A stretch of DNA of 64,000 bases from assembly GCA_964540965.1 (NCBI GenBank), contig CAZIOT010000009.1:38642-102641 (forward strand), read 5' to 3'. Below the pieces are notes generated by a model that was not told where the DNA came from, did no database searches, and saw only the letters and a list, made by a program, of their open reading frames with translations. The DNA comes from an uncultured Rubellimicrobium sp. (GTDB lineage Bacteria; Pseudomonadota; Alphaproteobacteria; Rhodobacterales; Rhodobacteraceae). Positions 24,812 to 32,489 of this stretch are shown piece after piece. Every line of letters starts with the position of its first letter. Position 1 is the first letter of the stretch. Made by a program: the position numbers and the translations under genes.

Positions 24812-26488
24812 TCAAGGACGCGGCGGTTCGGGCGCCAGCCTAAGAATGTCGAATTTGGCCAGTTGCAGCGCGGCGGCCATCACCGCCTCGGGGCTGGCGC
24901 CGCCGGCGGCCGCCAGATCGCGCAGGCTGACCGGGCCTTTCGCCTGCACGGCTGCGGCAAGCTGCAACAGGGCGTCGGCGGTGGCGTGCTGGCGACGATA
25001 CAGCGCCTGTCCCGACAGCCGGGACAGAAGCGTGATCCGCTCTGCATCGGCGGGGCTGCCGGGGTGCAGGATGGTGTCGGGGCCGAAAACCCTTGTCGGA
25101 TAGTCGCGGTAAAGGTCGAAGGGATCGACCTCAAGCGGGCTGATCGCACCGGGGCCAAGCACCGGGGTCGAGACGGTGCTGCGCGCCCGAAGCGCGGCAA
25201 GCTCCTGCGCCAGCGCCAGATAATGCGGGATCACGGCGGCCCAGTCATAGGCGTGCCTGGCATGGCCCATCGCCGCCTGCCCCATGCGGCGGCGCAGGTC
25301 GTCATTGCCGATCAGCGCGGCAAAGGCGGCGGCATAGGCGGGCACGTCGATCTGGATCTGCGCCTGCACCAGCGTCAGATACTGGAGATAGCTGTCGGTA
25401 TCGTCGGCAAAGCGGCGGGCGAGCGTGGCGCCGCTGCCGGGCGGAGCCATGCTGGTGGCGACGCGGAGCCCGGCGGTGCCATGCGGCACGGTATCGCGAA
25501 AACCGTCCCAGTCGGGCATCACCACCGGCAGGCCGGCGGCCATCGCCTCGACCGGGACAAGGCCGAAGGTTTCCTGGATGGAGTCGGCGGGCAGGGTGAA
25601 TATGTCGGCCGCCGACCAGATGTTGCGGCGCAGGTCGGGGTCGCGGCCATCAAGCAGCGCGAATTTCACCCGCTTGCACAGGGCGGCGCCGGCCTCGCGG
25701 TGCAGCGCCTCTTCCTCGGCCCGGCTGGCCCAGCCGGCCATCCACAGATGCACGTCGCGCCCGGTCTTTTCGGCGGCCTGTTCCAGCGCCAGCATCAGGG
25801 GCACCGGATTGGCCTTTTCCACCACCGACAGCCGGCCCATGGTCAGGACCACCACCGCATCCGGGGCGACGCCCTGCGCCGCGCGCAGCCTTTCGCGGGC
25901 GCCGGGCTGGGGGGCGAAATCGGCGGTCTCGATGCCAAGCGGGATCACCGGCAGTTGCGGCAAGGGCATCCGCGTGGCGCCGAAACGGTGACGAAAGAAC
26001 TCGGTCTCAAGCTCGAACTGCCGCTTCACCACCGATTGCACCGCGCGCGAGGTGCAGATGATCGCGTCCCAGGGCTCGACCGGCTGCGACATCAGCCCGT
26101 GCAGGTTTTCGATGATGCGTTTCGTCGAGACGGTATGGGTAAGGCCGACCAGCGAACAGCGGAAAGCGCCGTATCGCAAGCGGCGCCAGGCGGCGGACTG
26201 AAAGCCGGGGGTGGGAAAGAACACCGTGCCGGCGGCGGTGAAATCGGACGATCCGCGCAATTCGGTGACGGTGATCGGACGGGTATCGCCCAATGCGCGG
26301 ACGCGCGCCTCGAATTCCTTGGCCGCGCCGGCGCTTTCCACAACGGCGCGGACGCTGTCGCCGCCGGCGTGGCGGAGGAAACCCTTGAGAAAGCTTTCCC
26401 CGGCCGAGCGTCGGCCGACCAGATCGCGGCCCTGGCCTTCTACCTGATCGGGATGGAAATAGATCGCGGGAACGGGAATATCCGGCAT
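24812..26488 (-). CDS. GT4/GT1-type glycosyltransferase with an extended N-terminal domain
   Basis: E-x7-E motif ETFGLVPVEAMAAGLPVV and a GT-B C-terminal half. ATG at 26488 (MPDIPVPAIYF) is preferred over 26545. Confidence 0.75.
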   Translation of the reverse strand: MPDIPVPAIYFHPDQVEGQGRDLVGRRSAGESFLKGFLRHAGGDSVRAVVESAGAAKEFEARVRALGDTRPITVTELRGSSDFTAAGTVFFPTPGFQSAAWRRLRYGAFRCSLVGLTHTVSTKRIIENLHGLMSQPVEPWDAIICTSRAVQSVVKRQFELETEFFRHRFGATRMPLPQLPVIPLGIETADFAPQPGARERLRAAQGVAPDAVVVLTMGRLSVVEKANPVPLMLALEQAAEKTGRDVHLWMAGWASRAEEEALHREAGAALCKRVKFALLDGRDPDLRRNIWSAADIFTLPADSIQETFGLVPVEAMAAGLPVVMPDWDGFRDTVPHGTAGLRVATSMAPPGSGATLARRFADDTDSYLQYLTLVQAQIQIDVPAYAAAFAALIGNDDLRRRMGQAAMGHARHAYDWAAVIPHYLALAQELAALRARSTVSTPVLGPGAISPLEVDPFDLYRDYPTRVFGPDTILHPGSPADAERITLLSRLSGQALYRRQHATADALLQLAAAVQAKGPVSLRDLAAAGGASPEAVMAAALQLAKFDILRLAPEPPRP

Positions 26489-26502
26489 CGTCCGGCCTGA
26501 AA

Positions 26503-26536
26503 TTGCATCTGGCGGCACTAAAGCCGCCAAATGCAG
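26503..26536 (-). terminator. Stem-loop (14-nt arms, 2 mismatches, 6-nt loop) after the Gfo oxidoreductase gene
   Basis: TTGCATCTGGCGGC-actaaa-GCCGCCAAATGCAG, followed on the minus strand by a short T-containing tract. Confidence 0.4.
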
Positions 26537-26546
26537 GGCGCGCAAG

Positions 26547-27602
26547 TCACACCGTCAGGTCGACCGAATGCGCCTTGTCCGAGGCGACGGCAAGGTCGAG
26601 CACCTTTTGCAGCGCGGCGCCGCGGGCGAAATCGGGTTTCACCTGGGCACCGGCGCGGATCGCCTCGATAAAGCGGACATAGTTGGTCTTGACCTCGGGG
26701 CAGGGCAGGTCTTTCCAGGTCGCGGACATCATGTCCGCGCCCAGGGATCCGCGCAGGGTCGAGACGTTGTTTTCCCACTTCACCTCAAGCCCGCCCTCCG
26801 TGCCGAAAATCCGCAGCGTCAGGTCGTTGAAATGGCCCGAGGCAAAGCGGGTGGCATGGATGACACCGATGGCGCCGTTGTCCAGCCGCAGGTGCAGCAC
26901 CGCGCTGTCGTTGGCGTCCAGCGTGTATTCGCCGATCTTTCCCCCCGGCGCCTTGTCGAAGGTCTGCAGCCGGCACGACACGCTGGCCGCGCCCGACCCC
27001 GCGGCAAAGGTCGCGAAATCAAGGATATGGACGCCGACATCGCCAAGAACGCCCATGGAGCCATGCGCGGTGGACAGCCGCCACAGCCACTGGCTTTCCT
27101 TGTCCCAATGCCCCCAGGCCGGCTGGGTCAGCCAGGATTGCAGATAGGACGCCTCGAAATGGCGGACGGCGCCGATGGCGCCGCCGGCGATCAGCCGCGC
27201 CGCCTCGTTCAGCGAGGCGACGTTGCGATAGGTCAGGTTCACCATGTTGATGATGCCCGACTGTTCCGCCGCCGCTGCCATTTCGGCGGCATGGGGATAG
27301 TTGGCCGCCAGCGGCTTTTCGCACATCACGTGCTTGCCCGCGGCGATCAGCGGCATCGTCGTCGGGTAATGCACGGGGTCGGGGGTGACATTCGACACCG
27401 CGTCGAATTCGCCCCAGGCAATCGCCTCGGCGACCGAGCCGAAGCCATGGCCGATGCCATGCGCGGCATTGAAGGCGGCAAGACGGTCGGCATTGGTATC
27501 GACGCCGGCCACCACGGTCACGCCCTCGATCGCCTGATAGGCCTCGACATGGGCCTTGGCCATGCCGCCGGTGCCGACGACCAGGATGCGGACGGGCTTC
27601 AC
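26547..27602 (-). CDS. Gfo/Idh/MocA-family NAD(P)-dependent oxidoreductase
   Basis: N-terminal Rossmann motif [14 protein letters not shown] and family-typical length. GTGA overlap with the thuA-like gene. Confidence 0.85.
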   Translation of the reverse strand: MKPVRILVVGTGGMAKAHVEAYQAIEGVTVVAGVDTNADRLAAFNAAHGIGHGFGSVAEAIAWGEFDAVSNVTPDPVHYPTTMPLIAAGKHVMCEKPLAANYPHAAEMAAAAEQSGIINMVNLTYRNVASLNEAARLIAGGAIGAVRHFEASYLQSWLTQPAWGHWDKESQWLWRLSTAHGSMGVLGDVGVHILDFATFAAGSGAASVSCRLQTFDKAPGGKIGEYTLDANDSAVLHLRLDNGAIGVIHATRFASGHFNDLTLRIFGTEGGLEVKWENNVSTLRGSLGADMMSATWKDLPCPEVKTNYVRFIEAIRAGAQVKPDFARGAALQKVLDLAVASDKAHSVDLTV

Positions 27603-28396
27603 CGGAAACCCTCCTGACCCTTTTCGTGCAGCGACCCGCCGCGCGCGGTGATCGACTCGAGCGCGGTTTCCACCGGGCTGTTCGGCGCATCGGTCGGGTT
27701 GGCGATCCGCGAGGCCGGGTTATGGGCCCATTTCACCGAGTTCCTCAGCACCAGCTGCACATTGGCGTCGTGATAGGTCGGATAGGTTTCGTGGCCGGGG
27801 CGGAAGTAGAACACATTGCCGGCGCCGCGCTTGTAGGTCAGGCCCGAGCGGAACACCTCGCCGCCCTGGAACCACGACACGAATACGGTTTCCAGCGGCT
27901 CGGGCACGCCAAAGGGTTCGCCATACATTTCCTCGTTCTCAAGCTCGAAATGGTCGGGCAGGCCCTGGGCGATCGGGTGGTTGCGGCTGGTCAGCCAAAG
28001 GCGCTCGCGCTCGCCGGCCTCGCGCCAGGACAGGTTGCAGGGGGCACCCATCAGGCGCTTGAAGATCTTCGAGAAATGGCCCGAATGCAGCACGATCAGG
28101 CCCATGCCCGACCAGACGGCTTCGGCGACCCGCTCGACCACCTCGTCCTTGACATCGCCATGGGCGGCATGACCCCACCAGACCAGCACATCGGTTTCAG
28201 CGAGGCGCGCGGCGGTCAGGCCGTGTTCGGGATCCTGCAACACGGCGGTGGTGGCGGTGATCCCGGCGTCGGTGTTCAGCGCGTCGGCGATGCAGGCATG
28301 CATGCCCTTGGGATACAGGTCGGCGACGACCTTGCTTTTCTGTTCGTGGACGTTTTCGCCCCAGACGACGGTGCGGATTGCCATTGGCGCCTCCAT
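27599..28396 (-). CDS. ThuA-domain protein (trehalose-utilisation-like)
   Basis: ThuA-like sequence ([32 protein letters not shown]). An alternative start is at 28384. Confidence 0.85.
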   Translation of the reverse strand: MEAPMAIRTVVWGENVHEQKSKVVADLYPKGMHACIADALNTDAGITATTAVLQDPEHGLTAARLAETDVLVWWGHAAHGDVKDEVVERVAEAVWSGMGLIVLHSGHFSKIFKRLMGAPCNLSWREAGERERLWLTSRNHPIAQGLPDHFELENEEMYGEPFGVPEPLETVFVSWFQGGEVFRSGLTYKRGAGNVFYFRPGHETYPTYHDANVQLVLRNSVKWAHNPASRIANPTDAPNSPVETALESITARGGSLHEKGQEGFR

Positions 28397-28474
28397 GAGA
28401 TTCGCGATTCGCGCGGAACATGCGTCGGCAGGATAGCAGGTTCAATGGGCGATGTTGGCGCTAACGGGCGGGGT

Positions 28475-29245
28475 TCAGCCGGTCAGACCGGCGATGCCGT
28501 CCCAGATCAGCTTGGCGCCGACCAGCGCCACCAGCGCATAGGTGACCGGATAGAACACCTCGGCCCGCATCCGGCGGACGATCCAGGCGCCGACAAAGGT
28601 AAAGGCTACGGCGACCGGGATCAGGATGGCCGAGGACACCAGATTGTCGGCGGCGAACTGGCCAAGCATGAAATAGGGCAGCACCTTGACCAGGTTGATG
28701 ACCGTGAAGGTCAGGACATTGGTGCCGGTATAGCTGCGCGGATCAAGGCCGAGCGGCATGGTATAGACCTGATAGGGCGGCCCGCCGGCATGGGCGACGA
28801 ATGACGTATAGCCCGTCAAAGCGCCCCAGAAACTGGCCTTTGCCGGATTGTGCGGCGCCTTTTCCGCCCGGCGCGCGGCGCTTTGCGTCAGCCAGCGCAG
28901 GACGAAGGCCACGGCGATGACGCCGACGATCAGCCGCACCACATCGTCCGAGACGTAATGCGCCGTCGCCCAGCCCAGCGCGATGCCGGCGATGGCGCCG
29001 GGCATCATCAGGCGGAAGGTGCGGATGTCCCAGGTCTTCCACCAGGTATAGACCGCGACGAAATCCGAGATGATGAGGATCGGCAGCGTGATGGCCGCCG
29101 CCGTCACCGGCGATATGACCAGCGCCATCACCGGCACCGCCAGCACGCCGACCCCGGTCAGGCCGCCCTTCGCGATGCCGATGATCGCGGCCGACAGGAA
29201 TGCGGCCGCGATGGCAACGGGATCATGAAAGGCGAACTGGCCCAT
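28475..29245 (-). CDS. TauE/SafE-family (DUF81) anion exporter membrane protein
   Basis: 256-aa polytopic membrane protein with a two-repeat 4-TM layout typical of TauE. Confidence 0.8.
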   Translation of the reverse strand: MGQFAFHDPVAIAAAFLSAAIIGIAKGGLTGVGVLAVPVMALVISPVTAAAITLPILIISDFVAVYTWWKTWDIRTFRLMMPGAIAGIALGWATAHYVSDDVVRLIVGVIAVAFVLRWLTQSAARRAEKAPHNPAKASFWGALTGYTSFVAHAGGPPYQVYTMPLGLDPRSYTGTNVLTFTVINLVKVLPYFMLGQFAADNLVSSAILIPVAVAFTFVGAWIVRRMRAEVFYPVTYALVALVGAKLIWDGIAGLTG

Positions 29246-29252
29246 GGCGGTG

Positions 29253-30095
29253 TCAGTCGGCGATCACGTCCTGACGCTGCCGGCCCAGCCCTTCGATTTC
29301 CAGCTCCACCACCTCGCCGGCCTTGAGGAAGCGTTGCGGCTTCATCCCCAGCCCGACGCCCGGCGGGGTGCCGGTGGAAATCACGTCGCCCGGATGCAGG
29401 GTCATGAACTGCGACAGGTAGGACACCAGATAGGCGACGCCATAGACCATGGTCGCGGTGGTGCCGTTCTGCATGGTCTGGCCGTTGACGGTCAGCCACA
29501 TCTTGAGGTTCTGCGGATCGGCCACCTCGTCGCGCGTCACCAGCCAGGGGCCGATCTGGCCGAAATTGTCGCAGGACTTGCCCTTGGTCCATTGCCCCGA
29601 CCGTTCGGTCTGGAAGGCGCGTTCGGACACGTCATTGGTCACCGCATAGCCCGCGACATGGGACAGGGCATCCTCTTGCGAGACGTATTTGGCGGCCTTG
29701 CCGATGATGACGGCCAGCTCGACCTCCCAGTCGGTCTTGACCGAGGTGCGGGGGATGATGATCGGGTCGTTCGGGCCGCAGATGGCGCTGGTGGCCTTCA
29801 TGAAGATGATAGGCTCGGGCGGGACGGTGGCGTTGGTTTCGGCCGCGTGGTCCGAGTAGTTCAGGCCGATGCAGATGAACTTGCCGGTGCCGGCGACGCA
29901 GGCGCCAAGGCGGGTGTCGGCAGGGACCACGGGCAGGGCCGCCGGATCGACGCCGCGCAGCATGGCAAGGCCGGCATCCGACAGCACGGCGCCGCCGATG
30001 TCGGGGACCAGACCGCTCAGGTCGCGGATGGTGCCGTCGGCGGCCAGAAGCCCCGGACGTTCGGCCCCGCGGGGCCCGTGGCGCAGCAGTTTCAT
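29253..30095 (-). CDS. Fumarylacetoacetate hydrolase (FAH)-family protein
   Basis: FAH-fold motifs (ICIGLNYSDHAAE, WEVELAVIIGK, GDVISTGTPPGVG). The start is taken at MKLLRHG. Confidence 0.85.
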   Translation of the reverse strand: MKLLRHGPRGAERPGLLAADGTIRDLSGLVPDIGGAVLSDAGLAMLRGVDPAALPVVPADTRLGACVAGTGKFICIGLNYSDHAAETNATVPPEPIIFMKATSAICGPNDPIIIPRTSVKTDWEVELAVIIGKAAKYVSQEDALSHVAGYAVTNDVSERAFQTERSGQWTKGKSCDNFGQIGPWLVTRDEVADPQNLKMWLTVNGQTMQNGTTATMVYGVAYLVSYLSQFMTLHPGDVISTGTPPGVGLGMKPQRFLKAGEVVELEIEGLGRQRQDVIAD

Positions 30096-30253
30096 CGGGG
30101 GAATCCCTTGTGGCAGGTCATGTCGCGGCCGTGATAGCCGCTTTGGCACGGGGCGAAAAGCCCCAACTGGTCACTTGGCCTGACCAATTTCGCCATATTG
30201 CCGCCGCCGCCGCCGCGGTCTACGCCTGTCGCCGTCCCTGACCGAGGTCCGCA

Positions 30254-31312
30254 ATGCCCGTTCCCGTTTTCGATGGCCACAACGATTTCCTGCTGCGCCT
30301 GTGGCAGGCGCCGGCGCGGCGCGATGCGATCTGGCGCGAGGGCGACGGCACCGGCCATATCGACGCGCCGCGCGCCCGCGCCGGCGGCCTTTTCGGCGGG
30401 CTTTTCGCGATCTACATCCCCTCGCCCGCCGGCGGCGATGCGGCCGAGATGGAACGGCAGATGGACAATCCGCCCTATGCGATGCCGCTGCCGCCGCCGC
30501 TGACGCTGGCCGCGGCGCAGCCGGTGGCGCTTGCCATGGCCGGGCATCTGCGCGGACTGGCCCGCGCCTTCCCCGACTTCGCCCTGTGCCACACCGCCGG
30601 GGAAATCGAGGCGGCGATGGCCGATGGCCGCTTTGCCGCCGTCCTGCACATGGAGGGGGCCGAGCCGATCGACGAAAGCCTTGATGCCCTGCACCTGTTC
30701 CATGCGCTGGGCCTGCGCTCGCTTGGCCCGGTGTGGAGCCGGCCGACCGCCTTTGGCCATGGCGTGCCCTTCGCCTTTCCGTCCTCGCCCGATACCGGGC
30801 CGGGGTTGACCGATGCCGGCAAAAGGCTGGTGCGGGAATGCAACCGGCTGAAGATCATGATCGACCTCAGCCACATGAACGAAAAGGGGTTCGACGATGT
30901 GGCGGCGCTGTCCGACGCGCCGCTGGTCGCCACCCATTCGAACGCCCATGCCATCACCCGGTCCAGCCGCAACCTGACCGACCGCCAGCTTGACGCGATC
31001 CGCGACAGCGACGGCATGGTCGGGCTGAATTTCGCCACCGCCTTCCTGCGGCCGGACGGGCGCAAGAACCCGGCGGTGGGCTGGGGGTCGGTGCTGCGGC
31101 ATCTTGACCACCTGATCGGGCGGCTGGGCGAGGATCGGGTCGGGCTGGGGTCCGATTTCGACGGCGCGACGATCCCCGAAGGCATCGGCGATGCCGCCGG
31201 CCTGCCCAACCTGCTGCAGGCGATGCGCGACCACGGCTATGACGAGGGGCTGATCGAAAGGCTCGCGTGGAAGAACTGGCTTGCCGTGCTGCGCCGGACC
31301 TGGGGCGCATGA
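30254..31312 (+). CDS. Membrane-type dipeptidase, peptidase family M19
   Basis: N-terminal FDGHNDFLLRL motif and M19-like sequence throughout. Confidence 0.85.
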   Translation: MPVPVFDGHNDFLLRLWQAPARRDAIWREGDGTGHIDAPRARAGGLFGGLFAIYIPSPAGGDAAEMERQMDNPPYAMPLPPPLTLAAAQPVALAMAGHLRGLARAFPDFALCHTAGEIEAAMADGRFAAVLHMEGAEPIDESLDALHLFHALGLRSLGPVWSRPTAFGHGVPFAFPSSPDTGPGLTDAGKRLVRECNRLKIMIDLSHMNEKGFDDVAALSDAPLVATHSNAHAITRSSRNLTDRQLDAIRDSDGMVGLNFATAFLRPDGRKNPAVGWGSVLRHLDHLIGRLGEDRVGLGSDFDGATIPEGIGDAAGLPNLLQAMRDHGYDEGLIERLAWKNWLAVLRRTWGA

Positions 31313-31860
31313 TCGCCGGGGCTGCCGGGGCCGCGGCAGAGATCGGCCGCGCCGCCGCCGCGACCGACCCCGCCGCGTTCGAGGCGCTGGTGCAGGCCAT
31401 CGCCCGGGCAGGGCGCATCGTGCTGCATGGCGCCGGGCGCGAGGGGCTGATGATGCGGGCGCTGGCGATGCGGCTGTATCACCTTGGCTGCGATGCCCAT
31501 GTCTGGGGCGACATGGCGATGCCGCCGGTCGGGCCGGGCGATCTGGTGCTGGTTGCGGCCGGGCCGGGCGACCTGCCGACGGTGCAGGCGCTGGTCACGG
31601 TCGCCCGGGCTGCCGGCGCCGCCACCGCCTGCATCACCGCCCGGCCCGCGGGGCCGACCCCTGCCGCCTGCGACCTGATCCTGACGATTCCGGCACAGAC
31701 CATGGCCGACGACCGCGGCGCAGCGGCCTCGGTCCTGCCGATGGGATCGGTGTTCGAGGGGGCGCTGTTCCTGGTGTCCGAAATGCTGGTGCTGCGCCTG
31801 CGCGACCTGCGCGGCGAAACCGCGGCGACGATCCGCGCCCGGCACACCAATCTGGAATGA
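31309..31860 (+). CDS. SIS-domain protein, 6-phospho-3-hexuloisomerase-like
   Basis: SIS/PHI pattern (RIVLHGAGREGLMMRALAMRLYHLG..GDLVLVAAGPGD..FEGALFL). ATGA overlap with the dipeptidase stop. Confidence 0.7.
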   Translation: MIAGAAGAAAEIGRAAAATDPAAFEALVQAIARAGRIVLHGAGREGLMMRALAMRLYHLGCDAHVWGDMAMPPVGPGDLVLVAAGPGDLPTVQALVTVARAAGAATACITARPAGPTPAACDLILTIPAQTMADDRGAAASVLPMGSVFEGALFLVSEMLVLRLRDLRGETAATIRARHTNLE

Positions 31861-31863
31861 CAA

Positions 31864-31890
31864 GGGGCCGGCGCGATGAACGCCGGCCCC
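31864..31890. terminator. Bidirectional stem-loop terminator between convergent genes
   Basis: GGGGCCGGCG-cgatgaa-CGCCGGCCCC followed by CTTTTGG. Confidence 0.6.
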
Positions 31891-31912
31891 CTTTTGGCGT
31901 TGCCAGCCCGGC

Positions 31913-32341
31913 CTATTCCGCCGGCTGAAGCGATTCGAGATAGGCGAAGATGTCGTGCGCGTCCTGTTCGTCGCGGACCTGAAAGGCCATCTTCACCCGC
32001 GCCCGGTCATTGCCCAGCTGTTCGCGGACGAACCGCGTCGGGTTCATGATGTAGCCGACCAGGGTCTCCTCGTCCCAGACGGCGCCGGCGGCGCCCCAGT
32101 CGATCAGGGCATCGGAAAAGTCGAAATCCTCGACCGCGCCCGGCGCCTCTCCGACGATGCCGAAAAGGTTCGGGCCGGTGCGGGCGTTGCGGCCGGCCAG
32201 AACCTCGCCCGCGGGGGTCGCGATGACATGGCAGGCCACGCATTGACGGGCGAACTGTTCTTCCCCGGCCGCGGCATCGCCTTCGGCAAAGGCGGGGACG
32301 GCGGCAAGCGCGAGAACCGCGCCAAGCGTCAGGTGCCTCAT
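31913..32341 (-). CDS. Class I c-type cytochrome (cytochrome c2-like)
   Basis: Signal peptide and haem-binding CVACH. 142 aa from MRHLTLGAV; the longer ORF in the track is an over-extension. Confidence 0.85.
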   Translation of the reverse strand: MRHLTLGAVLALAAVPAFAEGDAAAGEEQFARQCVACHVIATPAGEVLAGRNARTGPNLFGIVGEAPGAVEDFDFSDALIDWGAAGAVWDEETLVGYIMNPTRFVREQLGNDRARVKMAFQVRDEQDAHDIFAYLESLQPAE

Positions 32342-32489
32342 GGGTTCCTCTCCTCGTGTGTGGCCGCACCGCAGTGGCGGTACAGGGCTAACCCCGGTCG
32401 CCGATGACTTAGCCAATATGTGACATTGGTCCAACCCCCGCGCGGCAAACATTTCCGCGCGCGGGGGCGGGGCGAATGGTCGCGCTCTG

